Part shown: positions 12,700 through 25,830 of the stretch, piece after piece | Position numbering within the stretch: the first letter of the stretch is position 1 | Layout of the letters: the number at the start of each line of letters is the position of its first letter | The notes under the pieces: model-generated | What the model saw: the letters and a program-made list of their open reading frames with translations, nothing else | Told to the model about the DNA's origin: nothing | Databases searched by the model: none | Assembly: GCA_964016885.1 (NCBI GenBank) | Contig: OZ024741.1 | Location: 393,390,001 to 393,454,000 of the forward strand | Direction of reading: 5' to 3' | DNA length: 64,000 bases | DNA from: Eledone cirrhosa | Lineage: Eukaryota | Program-made: the position numbers and the translations under genes

Positions 12700-14490
12700 A
12701 GAAAAACGTTACAGATGGCACAGAACAGTACAGGACGATACAAAATGGGTTTTGGCCATGTAAACAGATTATAACAAGATAGAAATCAGGATAGAAATAA
12801 AAACATTCAAACAACAAAAATTCCCCAAACCTTCGAGGGTCACTCATGGCGAAAACCACACAAAAGACCATGACCACCCTGACCACCAGAGCAAGCGCCC
12901 TCTCTCAGTTTTCCCACTCCTCAGTCTATAGGCGCATACTCAGAGTGTGCCCGTTCACTCAGACCAGTCTCGCCACTTTCACCCACCTTTCAACAAACTA
13001 GAAGACAGCACTTGCCTCCCTACCCTGATTTTCCTCTTCAAAAGAAACTTGAAAAAGTTAATCAGGGATTGGCCGGAGAGGAAAGTGTCCGTCATCAACC
13101 CTTTCAACCTTGTCCACCACACAATCTCTTTCGCCATGGCCACCAGACAGATGAAACTGCCTGCCCTTTCTCCTCCTTAAAGGAGGATGGCGGGGCTATC
13201 TGCACAATGGACTCAGTCGATAACTGGCTATGTCCCACATGCGACAGCAATTGTTCGACATAGACTCACAAGTCAGCAATGCTCGGGCACTGAACGAGTT
13301 TGGCTGACGGCACCTCCTTGCCTGTAGAGCTTATCTCGATCTAGCAATGCTCCCTGGTAGCACTACCAGGCCAGGGATATCTGGAAGTTTTTCATAGGCC
13401 TCGGACTGAAAGTTCTCTCAAAGAGAGCAAACAGCTGATCATCTTGGACACCTAGGGTCTCCCTGAGAACGTTGTCGCTCTTCCCCTCCACTAGTCCTCT
13501 ATAGAATGTCAAGGTAGATGTTTCACCGATACTAGTGCCCAGCTGGTAGAAGGCAGTGAGCGCTTGGAGACATTCCAGCTTCCAAGCACTATCTGTCAGT
13601 CTTTTCCTGCTCCAGGACTGCAGCTCTGTCAAGGAGACAAGTTGGGGAAAAACACATCTGGCAAATGGCGACCACACCTGTTCACCGTCAAGGAAGCACC
13701 AGAGATGTTGCAGCCTCAGCGCATGTTTGTACATCATCAGCCATGACATGCCCAGTCCTCCATGCAACGGATGCTAGCAGCAGATGGATCATCTGACCAT
13801 GGGAGCACGTCCCTTCCATAAAAAGCGGAAGAGGAGGCACTCCATTTTGGTTAGAGTTAGGCTGGGGCAAGGCATGATGGTCAGGTGGTAGTAGATGATG
13901 GATGGGATGAACACATTTGCCACCTCTGCCCGACCTTTCAGGGACAGCTTGCTCTCGGATGATTTCTGGGTGAGAGAGGCCACCCTGCTCGTCACCTCAC
14001 TCCAGTTTTTCTCCATCTGGAGGTCTGGACTGAACCAGACCCCGAGCAATTTAACCGATCCTTCCGTCCAACACCCCACAACACTGTTGGACGGTATGAA
14101 CTTGCCTCTCCAGGTGCCGAGCTGCAAGCCCACCGACTTTTCCTGGCTTATCTTTGCTCCTGTCACCACTTCGTATTCCTTGAGAGTGGTGCTGAGCATC
14201 TGAACGTGTCTGGTGCTCGATACCACCACGGTGATGTCAGCGGTGTAAGCTGATATGGATTTCCCACATCCCAGTTTGTGTGGGACGCTCCTCATTGTCT
14301 CCAATTAGTGCAGTAATGACTCGAGGGCCAATACGTACAAGAGGGATGGAAGGGAACAACCCTGGTGGACTGAGCGCATGATGCTGAATGACTGTGACAG
14401 GTGACCGTTCACCCTCACAACTGAGCAGATGTCCCTATGTATAGCAGTTATCTATCCTCTGAAAACCGGCCCAAAGCCTGCTGCTTTGAG
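12700..14490 (-). mobile_element. Tx1/L1-clade LINE copy C (RT C-terminal half to 3' UTR)
   Basis: AYTADITV...GAKISQEKS...KLSLKGRAEVANVF (13789-14304); HGGLGMSWL (13363-13767); 3' UTR similar to copies A and B. Confidence 0.88.
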
Positions 14491-14494
14491 GATA

Positions 14495-16190
14495 TTTCCT
14501 GGTTGATTTTTGCTCCTGTCAGTGCTTCATATTCCTTCAGAGCAGTGGCCAATCACCTTAATGTGTTTGGTGTCAACACTATGACTGTGACGTTCTCGGT
14601 ATAAGTCGACACAGATCTTCCATGTCCTAGTTCATGCAGGATACCCCTCAACATCTTTAATTTGTGTAGTAGTGGCTCGAGAGTCAATACATACAACAAG
14701 GATAAGAGGGGACAGCCCTGGCAGACCAAACATATAATGTTGAACAGTTCTGAGAGGTGGTCATTCAATCTGACCACCGAGCAGATGTCACTAAGCATAG
14801 CAGCTTGAAAACTGGCTCAAAGCCTGCTGCTTTGAGGACCGCCACCAGGTACCAATGGTCGACCCTATCAAATACTTTGGAATGATTCAAATTGATCAGT
14901 GCCCCACATGTGCCAGGTTCTTTAGCCACCCTTTCTATGATGTATCGCATGAGATGGAGGTTGTCATGGATGGATCTCTTGGGAATAAAACATGTCTGTG
15001 CCTTCCCTACCAGACACCAATGACAAGTTCCAACCTCGCTGTTAACACTTTGGCCAAAATTTTGAACTTTTCATTTAGCAGAGTTATGGGCCTAAAATTA
15101 TTTATATTGTGCCCCTTGTTCAGGTCTTGTCTCAGCAGTGCCACCACTCCACGGCTCACAGAACTGGGGATTCTCCCATTCTACTGCCAGTTGTAGTAAC
15201 GTCTGCCACGAGGTCGCCGAACAAGTCTGGCATGTGTACGTTAAGCTCGTAGGGCAGACCATCTAATCCAGGCGATTTGATCCTCGTTCAGTCAGCTAAT
15301 GCTTCTTGTATCTCAACGGCTGTTATTGGATTTCTGCAACACCCCACCTCTGTCACCAACAGCTGCAACAGGCCATCGAGATAGGTTGTGAAGTTCATCT
15401 CGCAATCCAATCAGCCATCGCTCCCGAACAGTCGGGCAAAGTGTTGCTGAAAAGTTGCATACATCTGCTTGGGATCGAGTATCATGCGCCCGTCGTAGTG
15501 TTCCACACGGGCCCATTGAACAGCTTTTATCTCCTCATATCTAAGAATATATGCCTTAGCTCTGACCACACAGCCTTCATGCTTGGCATTGAAAAGTTGG
15601 TCTAGGGCCAATGTCGACGCAAGAACGTCGGTCGCAATGCCATTGTTAATTGCCTCTCCTAGTTTTTTCACTAGTTCCCTCTCTACTCTAGTTTTCTCTA
15701 TTGCTACAGCTTTGCTGAATCTTATTCATTCTACTTTAACTGCCCTTTTCTTGGCATACCATCACTTGTTGATGATTGCCCCTGTCAATTCCCGCTTAAC
15801 TAATTCACTAATCCGGTCTCTGTAGGCTTTGCGCATTGGGAATGAGGCATTTAGCTTCCAGTAACCGGGTCCTTGCCTATGGAGCCTATCTAGATCTACT
15901 ACACATGTCACAAATTTGTGGCTTGTGTATTCAACTGTTTGAAATTGTGGACAACTTAAGCTATCCCTGTCTATTTCCCTACAGAATACCCTATCTAGAT
16001 AGGATCTGGATGACCCGATGCGGTTTATCCATAGCCACATTGGTGCATTCGGAAATTCCAGTCAGTATCTGTCAGACTGTTGGAAGTGTCTGAGCAGATT
16101 TGCGAGGCTTTTACACCCTCCTCCCCTATCCGTTAGTCCCACACAATCCCAGCGTGCATCTAAGATACCGTTCCAGTCGCCCACTAAGAC
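14495..16190 (-). mobile_element. Tx1/L1-clade LINE segment D (APE C-terminus and RT N-terminal half)
   Basis: LVLVGDWNGILD, SYLDRVF, GPGYWKLNAS (15762-16190); RT SKVFDRVDH, QGCPL; overlaps the RT region of copy C, so it is a separate copy or a duplication. Confidence 0.88.
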
Positions 16191-17068
16191 TAAATATATA
16201 TATATCAAATAAAAAAGATATATGTATATATAGAGAAAGAAAGTACCATATATTGTAGAGGAAACACAGTATATTGTATATATACTAAATACATATTCCA
16301 TAGAAGAGTATGTACTCAAGGTGGAATCATTAGCGAGACCTTATAGTGGTATTTCATATTCTGTAGAGTGTAGTTCAAAATCAATCTATGTAATCGATCA
16401 TCGAAGACAAACTATCGATTATAATTAAACCACAGGAGACTCAGAATACTAATCAGAGATTTTAGTCTCAGCATTCTAAGGGAAATATAGTAGCACATTG
16501 AGAAACACAAAATTCTAACATATTTGGTATGTTTTGCTTAATTACATTTGTATATAACAGCTCCAAATCTCCTAACTTGATGAGCTGAGGTGACTATCTC
16601 TAGCGGAGTTAACGTCCACCTTGTTGTTTTCTATTACCTTGCACCATGGGGCCTTCGGCATGGAGGTCGCATTAGATGTCTTTATGGATATTGACAAGTA
16701 TATTCTTCCATATACTATTTTTGTTTCTATATTTCAGAAATATATGCTATTGTTGCAGTCGTTTAGCTTCAGGTCAGCCATAATTAAGCAGAGCCATAAT
16801 TGTCCCATCTTTTTATATATCAGACATTACATTGTCCACTGTATTTTATTTTTTTTATTTAAGATGGTAAAGTGTAAATTGAGTGCAATTTGGCTGCTAT
16901 TTCTAGCAGCTTGAATGACTGCATAGAATGTCCCTGTTTCCAAGAGGTCCTATCATGCACCCCTCATCTTTCTATATTTTTCTGTGGTATAGGATTAAAC
17001 ATCCTCAATGAATTATATTTAGGCTTGTCATTAAGGTTTACAACATCATTATTATCACTATTAGAGGG

Positions 17069-17258
17069 CGGTGGATTGGCAGTATTGGTAGAGGGTTGGA
17101 TGCCATGCTTTGCAGCGAAGAGTGGCGGCCCTTTATGGTCTGAGTTCAAATCCCGCCGAGGTTAACTTTGCCTTTCATCCTTTCGGGGTCGATAAAATAA
17201 AGTAACAGTAATGTACTGGGTAATTGCTGGCCTTGTGCCAAATGTAGAAACAATTATT
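17069..17258 (+). mobile_element. SINE family A
   Basis: GGTGGATTGGCAGTATTGGTAGAG...GAGTTCAAATCCCGCCGAGG...GTAGAAACAATTATTAT. Confidence 0.9.
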
Positions 17259-17982
17259 ATCACTATTTAATGTCCATTTTCCACGCTAGCATGGGTTAGA
17301 CGAGCTGTCCCATTGTGAGACAAGTTGTGAAACAACTTACTCATACAGAACTGTTTCTGACTTGGTTTCTACAGCTGGATGCCCTTCCTAACACCAATCA
17401 CTAGGTAATTGTCAGGTATCATTACCTGATAAAGTTGAAAGCATCTCTGCAGACAATGAGCTCAAAGAATGTATTGTTTGTCTTTGGATATCACTGAAAT
17501 ATGATATTCTTCTTAATTTTGCATTTTCTTTTACAAAAACAAATTCAGTCATCAAATTATATGTGGACTCTTTCGGCCTCCACCCCCTGCCATGCCATTA
17601 CATCATCAGCTTCCTCCCATGCCATGCTGCTCTCAATGAGATCATAAAGCTGGACTGAGGGGCTGAAAAAAGCCTGACAGCATATCAATCTTTTTGATTC
17701 AGAGTGGTAAACTCCTCATCTGGGATGCAGTGGCAACCTGGTGCATTCAATGACTAACCCACGTTTCATTGCTCGTCAGACTGAAGAGGGCAAACTATTG
17801 AAATATTGATCACTCTCCAATTGGTTAGTGGTCAAACCTGTAGGAGTGGTGGCTTCTGGTGTTCTTCGCTCCTGAACTACATCCTTACACACTTCTATCA
17901 GGGCTGAGTTGGCTACTCACAGGAGCAAGCCGCGCGAGTCGGAATGGCTATTCCAATGCATCCTCTTTGTCATCTTTTAGGG

Positions 17983-18182
17983 CAGGTATGTCAAACATGC
18001 GGCCCACGGGCCACATGCAGCCCTTTACAAGCACACCTCTGGCCCGCATAAAGATTTATACAGTGCAAGCATGTTTTATCTTCGTAATATAAAATTAAAA
18101 TAATTAGTTGTCATGTGCGACCCTCAGACAACACATATGTGACCCACGTGGCTCTCGAGGGACCCTCAGTTTGACATGCCTG
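17983..18182. mobile_element. hAT (Charlie-like) MITE
   Basis: TIRs CAGGTATGTCAAAC / GTTTGACATGCCTG; internal GCGGCCC-type motifs; degenerate 8-bp target TTTTAGGG / CTCTAGTG resembling NTCTAGAN. Confidence 0.75.
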
Positions 18183-19864
18183 CTCTAGTGCATCATTTTC
18201 TCTATTCTGTCCACTGGGACAATGAGGTGCCCTACACATGGGCCCACACACGAGAATGCTTTGCCACTGTCCAGATCCACATCACTGAAGTAGCAATGCT
18301 GTGTTGTACTGTTACTTGTGGAACACATTACACTATGTCACCCAATGTAATCGTTAGATATTGTACAATGTAGTAAATAATTAAATAAATAAATAAATAA
18401 ATAAAATTGAAAAGGGCTGTTAGATAGATCCCTTACTTTAGGGATTAATATGCAATTAGATGGTCAACAGCTATGATGAAACACTTTCAAAAATAAATTT
18501 TATCCTCCTCTTCCTCATTATCTATGTTTTAACCTCTGTTTTCTCTGCAAGCAAGGGTTAGATGGGTCTACATAGAACAAGTCAGTACTGACCTCCCAGG
18601 CAGGTTAGGTGTCTGTTATTTTGCTTACATTCTGTCTCACATTCTACTGAGTGCAGAGATGTTGTCATGTCTTTGACACAATTAAAGGGTCCTCCCAACC
18701 TTTTGTTTGGCAAGCTTTCTATGGATGGATACCCTTCCTACCACCAACTGTTATACAGTGTGTACTGGGTACATTTATCATGTAAATAACCAACACTAGG
18801 AAGGTTATCTTGTCCTTGATACAACTGAACAGTTCTCCCAACTGTTCGTCTGGCAAGCTTTCTACAGCTGGATGCCCTTCCAATCACCAAACACTTTACA
18901 GCTTGTACTGAGTGTGTTTATCATGTAGATCACCAACACTAGAAAGATTGCTGTACCATAGCATGACTGAAGGGTTCTATCAACCCTTTATTTTTTCTCT
19001 ATGAAGATGAGAAAACTGAAGTGTTGGGGGTGGAGAGGATAGCTAACGAGTGATAGTAGAGAGGGCATGGGTGGGGTGCAGAGACTAGCTACTAGGATAT
19101 GATGGTGAGGATACCCAAGGATTTTTAGGCAGGAGGGAGTGAACAGCTAAGGGTTCCTTTAACTTTTACACACAAGTATCATCCACATAGAATCTAAATA
19201 ACTCTCACTAGATTTGCATTAGTTCTATGAACAGCCACCTTAAACACAATCCAATAGGCTTCTGACAAACTTGTTTCCTCCAACAACAGAAAGATAATCG
19301 TTTTCTATATCAAGGAAACAGTCTTTCACTACATTCTCCATATGTATAATCAACAACTAACTGCTTGGTCTCACAAATTCTGATGATCTCTTCTGTTGTT
19401 GTCACATATAACATTTCAAAGACTAGACTTCTCTCTATGTCCACAAAATACTTCAGTCTGAACAGTTGATGACTGTTTACAAGACTCAAGTAAGACCCCC
19501 TATTCTAATACACTTACACAGGCATAATAGAATACATACAAAAGAAGACCTTTCAACTGATGGACTAAAACCAATTTACTAACATATTATGGTTACTGGC
19601 TGCTGTGTGTAAAGGAGTGTGTCTTTGTCCCATGCTATTTCTTCTTTCTGCCCCATCTATTACAACTACAACAGCCTTCTTCTTTTCTCTGATCTAGCAA
19701 GCTGCATACCATCTTCATCTAAGTCAATATGCTGTATCTGTTTCTCCATCTCTAGACATCCTTAGTGCACCCCCCCCCCCACACACACACCAACACCAAC
19801 ACACACACACAACAGATTCCACAGTAAACTTTTCAAGGCAATGGTAGAGTCACTACATGAGCAT

Positions 19865-20043
19865 TAGACCTGCTAAAGATAGCAGCTAAATCTTCCCCAA
19901 ATTACACTCTACCATCTTAAAATAGAAAGGACACATTAGATTATGTAGTCTTATATGCCTCTAAAAAGATAGGATGGCCATGACTAAACTACTTCTGATC
20001 ATAAATCTGCTCAATCTGAATTAACCTGGGGCTAAACAACAAC
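19865..20043 (+). repeat. Dispersed repeat family C (SINE-like), one of several copies
   Basis: CCTGCTAAAGATAGCAGCTAAATC...CTACCATCTTAAA...GGGGCTAAACAAC; related segments near 16860-16925, 26335-26375, 38050-38105, 41320-41390 and 50680-50735. Confidence 0.6.
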
Positions 20044-20303
20044 ACTCAAAATTTTGCCCCATCATTTTAACAAGGATTGAAAACCCTCTGGAATTTCTTT
20101 CTCACCCATGTTTTTCCAGCAACTGCATTTATTTCACTAATCAAAAGAAATGGGGCTACAAAGTCGTGCATTGTGCCTTCCCCCCATTCACTAGTTGATA
20201 AGGAATAAATATAGAAAAAGCTTCGGTGAAATAACAGAGTAAAAAAGAAATATATAAAAACATAAAAATAATAATCTACTGAACTCCTTTTCTTTCAACT
20301 TAC

Positions 20304-20587
20304 CACTTTTGTTGCCCCTTCTGTAACTGTGATGGGATTCCTGTTTTGGCAGTCAGCAGCAGTGAGGTGATACATTTGAGTCTATGAAACACCATGTATA
20401 AAAATAGAATAAGCAACACCCATTTTGAAAAGTCATGTAAAATATGTGAATGCCAAAGATCTCTATTTAGCCTATACTGTGTTTCAAGTTTCTTCATTAT
20501 TCTGTCTATAGAGCATTGATAAAAGAGCAAAATAACTTGTAGTAAACTGCCAGTTAAATTGCAAATAAATGTTAAATTCATTTCCAT
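20304..20587 (-). CDS. Possible coding exon of a minus-strand gene with a hydrophobic segment
   Basis: 143-codon open frame in unique-looking AT-rich DNA that ends exactly at a consensus donor (AAGTG|gtaagt); contains WVLLILFLYMVF; first ATG at 20587. No family recognised. Confidence 0.3.
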
Positions 20588-21527
20588 AAAACAGTCCCTT
20601 TTGTGGCTGTATTTATAATCAAATACACTGCACTGTTTACGCAATTTTTTCTTTACAGAATAATCATGAATTTGGTTGTATTTAGTAAAATAACTTTGTT
20701 TGGAATGATTTGAGGAAAATAAAGGAGCCAATCATTATATCAGAGTAAGTAAACAATGCTTCCACTTAAAATAATTTTGCTCATAAATATCTTGGAGAGT
20801 ATTGCTTAAAGTTAGTTTTACAATATATATATATGTTCACTGAAACATATACAAATGCACCTATATATTAGCATAAGATACTTCAGCTCTGAATAATCAC
20901 TTTAAGAAGGAGTAGTTTATCATACATAATGACTGCAGCATTCTCACATTTTGCAATTCATTAAAACTTTACTATTAATCCATACATTCTATATCATTCC
21001 AATAACAGCCTACAGATTAATGCTATTAAAACAGTTTTATTTGAATACAAAATAAATATAATTATAAATTTCTAAATAATTACAAGAGCTAGCTAAATAT
21101 TACCGAATTAGTGAAGATATGTCTTGTCAGAGTGTAAGGCTATTTATGTCTGTTGGGTACTGGACAACCAGCCAAGAGGTTAAGAGTTTGTATGCAGCTG
21201 TTACACTAAATCAAATGCATGGTCATGATACTTAACAGTCAACTAGCTTGATTTGTCTAAGTAGGTACCACCATGTAGTGACAACTAACTGCTATATACA
21301 GCGAGAACATTATAAAATTGGCATTTCATTAGCTTGCAATGCTGTAGTCAACTTTTATGGATATAACTTGATGGGATATGTCAAGCTGAGTCACACAGTG
21401 CTGGATTTACATATAAGCTAAATAAGCTATAGCTTAGGGCCACAGACCTTGGGGGTGGGACTCATTTTTTAAAACATTTTTATCATTAGTTTTTATTCTT
21501 TAACACTAAATCCTCAAAAATTATATA

Positions 21528-21577
<50 letters not shown>

Positions 21578-21849
21578 TGAAAATCGATGGAAGCTACAGA
21601 GTGGATAGACCAAGAAAAACCTGGGACAAGGTGATAAAAACTGACCTTACTCACTTACACCTCTCTAAGACAATGTCACTGGATCGAGATCTTTGGCGCC
21701 ATGCAGTTGCATAGAAGAACCACCTTCCTTTACACACAAACCTACAATAAGTAGGCACCTCTTAACCTAATGTACGCCCCACCCCACACACCCTACCCCA
21801 TCCCCCCTTTTCCATTCTTTCCACTGTGTTGATGACACAACAGTCCACA

Positions 21850-22062
21850 ATGTAAGGTGGTCGTGTAGGAGACACAGTAAAAAGGCTCCCAGTCCACACT
21901 GTAAATGTGGTTGGTGTTAGGAAGGGCATCCAGCTGTAAAAAAACCTGCCAGAGACACTTCCGTATGAGCAAGACATGGTCTCCCGACCATTTCCACATC
22001 AAATGGAACAAAACCGTCTAACCCATGCTAGCGTGGAAGATGGACGTTAAACAATGATGATT
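21850..22062 (+). mobile_element. SINE family B (3' part)
   Basis: Core GGAAGGGCATCCAGCTGTA and tail GGAAGATGGACGTTAAACAATGATGA. Confidence 0.8.
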
Positions 22063-22093
22063 GTGATATACATATACATATATATATATATAA

Positions 22094-22136
<43 letters not shown>

Positions 22137-22303
22137 TACATATATATATATATGTGTATAATATATATATTATACATATATATGAATGTATGCATAGTAT
22201 ATTTGGCAATATATCGTATGTTTAATTAAAAACATTTTGAAGACCTTACGCTATCATTTTTAAAGTAGTGACTATGTCACTTACTTCTTTTCGGCAATAT
22301 ATA

Positions 22304-23592
22304 CAGGGTGCAGATGATATTTGTTCGCAAGATTACTGTCTAGGAAAAAGTAACACAGTAGTTTTATTTTTAAAAATATATTTATCAAACTTGGGTCAGT
22401 TTGTCTTCATGACTTGTTCTTTCGATCTCACTCGATAAACCCACCATTGGCTTTGATGACGGCCTCAAGGCAGCCTCGGAACCGGCTACAGGCCTTCGTC
22501 ACTGTCCCCCGACTTAGGCCCCTAAAGGCACTTATGATCCTGGCCTTCAGATCCTCTTTCGTATTGCAGCTAGATCTGTTGGTGTCTTGTTCCACTGCGC
22601 CCCACACAAAGAAGTTGAGGGGGGTTGCAGTCAGGTGAGCTGGGAGGCCAGATGTCAGGTGAAGTGTGGTCGACGAAGTTCTCTGACAGCCAGGCTTGGG
22701 TCTTTCGGCTGGTATGGCAGGGCGCTGAGTCTTGCTGCCACGTACGGCCTACCTGCAGCTACCTGGTCGATCCAAGGCTTTACTACCTCGCTCAGAACGT
22801 GGATGTAGCCATCAGTGTTCAGCTTGAGGCCCTCAGGGAAGAAGTGAGGTGGCATAACGACACTTAAGACCAATGTTGTCGCTGGAAACTTTGTCTGCAT
22901 GACTCTGGGCACGTCTTTGGATGAGACAGCAAGCCACCTGTTGTTCTGGGAGTTGATCTTCTGCTCTTGGCAGAAGTTTTTCTCGTCGGAGAAAAACCAC
23001 AGCATGTCTGGCTCCAGTGGGTGTTTCAACTTGTTGATCAGCTTCTTTGCGTGCTTCAGTCGCTTTTCTTGCATCGCCTTTGACAGAAATTGTCCTTTCC
23101 TCATCTTGTATGAAACGTAGCGAATGTCTTCATGTACCACCAGCCTAATGAGCTTTTCATCCACGCCTTTCTCCCTTGCAATGGCACGCATCGACTTGCT
23201 AGGTTCATTGTTGATGATATCCTGAACTTCAGTGACGAACTCGGGCGTTCTGAAGGCGCCAGATCATCGATCGTGTGTTTTCCTCTTTGATGTTGCTTCG
23301 TAGTCGAATCCTGAATCTTCCAATTCCTTTCTGACCTTTTCCACCATTCTCCCGCTGACGCTGAGAAAGTGTGAAATTTCCTTATTTGTCCTCCCGGCGC
23401 GGATTCCAAGAAGAACTCCGTGTCTCTTCCACAAATTTGGAGGTTCAAAATTATTCATAATCAATTATTCTGAAAATAAATAATGGAAATATAGTCACTG
23501 TTTTTATGAAGACAAGAGTGACAACGGAAGTAAAAAAAAAGTTGCATAAAATTAGCAGTTGAAAATTGTGAACAAATATCGTTCACATTCTG
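22304..23592 (-). mobile_element. Tc1/mariner DNA transposon, DD37D (maT-like), defective
   Basis: 27-bp imperfect TIRs CAGGGTGCAGATGATATTTGTTCGCAA / TTGTGAACAAATATCGTTCACATTCTG flanked by TA; transposase FFSDEKNF...WQQD-x37-(D>N) with WPPSSPDCNPL; frameshifts present. Confidence 0.92.
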
Positions 23593-23705
23593 TATATATA
23601 TACATATATATATGTATATATAAATACATACATACACATATATATATATATAGTGAAATAAGATAACAATGACGATTGGTTACTCCTTCATTACATTTAT
23701 TGGTA

Positions 23706-23791
23706 GGTGACGCGCATTTCGCCACTGATCAGCTCAAGGTTCGATCTCTATCGAGCTGACCCGACTCTGTAATCCGTGGCTCGTCAGACCC
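23706..23791 (-). ncRNA. Type I hammerhead ribozyme with extended stem II (Penelope/retrozyme-type)
   Basis: Minus strand: GGT-CTGACGA-GCCAC[50 nt]GTGGC-GAAA-TGCGCG-TC-ACC, followed by AATAAA. Confidence 0.75.
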
Positions 23792-23899
23792 CTTGTAATG
23801 TTAAAATGAATACATGCTGTATGATAAAGTCAGAAGTTCCTATGGTGGTCAGTAAAGTTTGTATTAATTCATAGGGATGTTTTTGCCTGTAGTGTATGT

Positions 23900-24088
23900 G
23901 GGGGGGGGGGGGTGTAGTAGAGGTAGACCAATGTGAAGGTGGTGAGAACTGATCTCAAATCACGGAGTCTCACAGTGGAGATGACAAGGGAACATGGCAA
24001 GTGGAGAGAGATGGTGTGCTGAAAAGGACCCATCCAAAGCATGAAAGCTTGGAAAAAAAAGAATGTAAAAATGACGATGATCATGATG
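23900..24088 (+). mobile_element. RTE-type LINE extreme 3' end
   Basis: Reverse-complement match to 6931-7100 and 63418-63580, with GAT-type tail. Confidence 0.65.
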
Positions 24089-24199
24089 TTCAGGTTTGTG
24101 ATCATACCACTTTTTCACATGTTCAAATTCAAACTTTTCACACATTCACCATTGTAAGATTTTGGCAGCTTTACCATGTCTCTAGTTCTTATAATAATA

Positions 24200-25830
24200 T
24201 TGAGCAACATCTTACATTCAGAGACTACGTGTATGGAGTTTGGCCAGCATAAATGTTCCTATATAATTGTAAAGCAAGGAAAAACTACAAGCTAATTTAA
24301 CAACATCTCTATCAATGACTTGACTGTTTCACCATTATCTAACAAGGACTGCTACAATTACTTAAGGATAAATGAAAAAAATATCCTACAATGGAATTTG
24401 TAAGAAGGAATGAATAACCAGGAAACACCTGAATAAAATATAGTCTTCCAAACTCTGTGTACAATAAATCAGTACCCACAATGTGTTTCCTCTGCTTGTA
24501 CTGACTCCAACATTTAGACTACTTGACTGAATGTGAGATGATATCTGAGCCATTGATGTTAAAACTGGAAGAAAAGTTGTAACCAGCACTGAAAAATTCC
24601 ATATCAACAGTGACATAGACTGCCTCTACTTGGAACGTAAACAGGGAGGTAGATTCTAGTGTTGCATTATATCTCCCTGACAACATCTATTAACTGATAA
24701 GCAAAGAAACTCATCTATAGAATAAGTCTGTTTACATGAGGTAGATAACATCATGAGAGTTGGGAAGGAGCTCCTTAAGAAATACTCCCTGCATGATAAC
24801 CAATAACTCACATCCAAGGGAATTTCACAGTAATTCCACAATGAATCCATATCAGCAAAAAATCATGCATGGCTATGTTGCCAGAAAGCTTCTAAGTGAG
24901 TGTAATATAGATAGGAAAATTAATCTATCTTGGACCAACAACCACTTTAAAGGATATGCTTTTACAATCCAAGAACGGGAAATAACAAAATACCTGATGC
25001 CCAAAAGAGATAGGGATTGCAGGCAAATCCCCTTGATGTGACAACAGATGCAGACTCTGTGAAATAAACATTGAAGATGTCTCCCATGTCTTAAGCAGCT
25101 ATCCAAAGATGCCATCACAGTACTATATACCTATGAGGCATGATGTAGTGGCCAAAACACTGTACAATGCAATCTGTAGAAAGGATAGTCCTGAGAATAA
25201 TACAGCAATGTGGAAGACATATGCATACATGATGGGAAATAGTACTGATGGAATGTTCCAGTCAAAACCCCAATAAAATGCAAGCATAACAGACCAAATA
25301 TAACTATATGGGACAGGGAAAAGAAGGCATGAATAACGGTGGAAACCAGCTGCCCTGCAGATGTCAATATAATGCTAAACATTAATGAAAAGAACATTTA
25401 TGCTGAACTAATGTGGAATCAGCGGATAGTCCACCCTGACTATACCTTTAGATTTATATCTGTGATAATTCGGGCACTGGGATATGTTACTGTCTCAGTA
25501 CAAATCTTGAGAAGCTAGGCTTCACAGAACCAGGAAGGACATGGCTAATTAGGAAGCTGTAAGTCCAGTCCATTAATAGAATTGTAAAATTGTGTAAAAT
25601 ATTTCAGAAATTCAGCATGTAATAACTGCTCATACACATGTATAGATACAGAAACATACATAAATACACATAAAACTCAAAACATACAGATCCACACATA
25701 CAATAACATCCATACCTACACAGACAGATATACATACGTATTTACCTAGCTGATGTCTAAATTCCAATGAAAGAATCTTGTTTCTATGTTAGAAACCAGC
25801 TCTCTCTCTATTGTTGAAAATCTATAAAAG
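24200..25830 (+). mobile_element. R4/Dong-like RLE non-LTR retrotransposon 3' half, decayed
   Basis: LYLERKQGGR; CRLC...EDVSHV...RHDVVAK zinc knuckle; HNRPNITIWD...VETSCPAD...IIRALGYV endonuclease; microsatellite-like 3' UTR. Confidence 0.8.

Noticed and set aside
17755-17782. Hammerhead-like CTGACGA-GCAAT-GAAAC on the minus strand
   Set aside because: No real stem II, no stem I pairing, and the cleavage triplet would be GUG.
25765-25805. Hammerhead at the 3' end of the Dong-like element
   Set aside because: CAATGAA does not match the CUGANGA core and the stems are not convincing.
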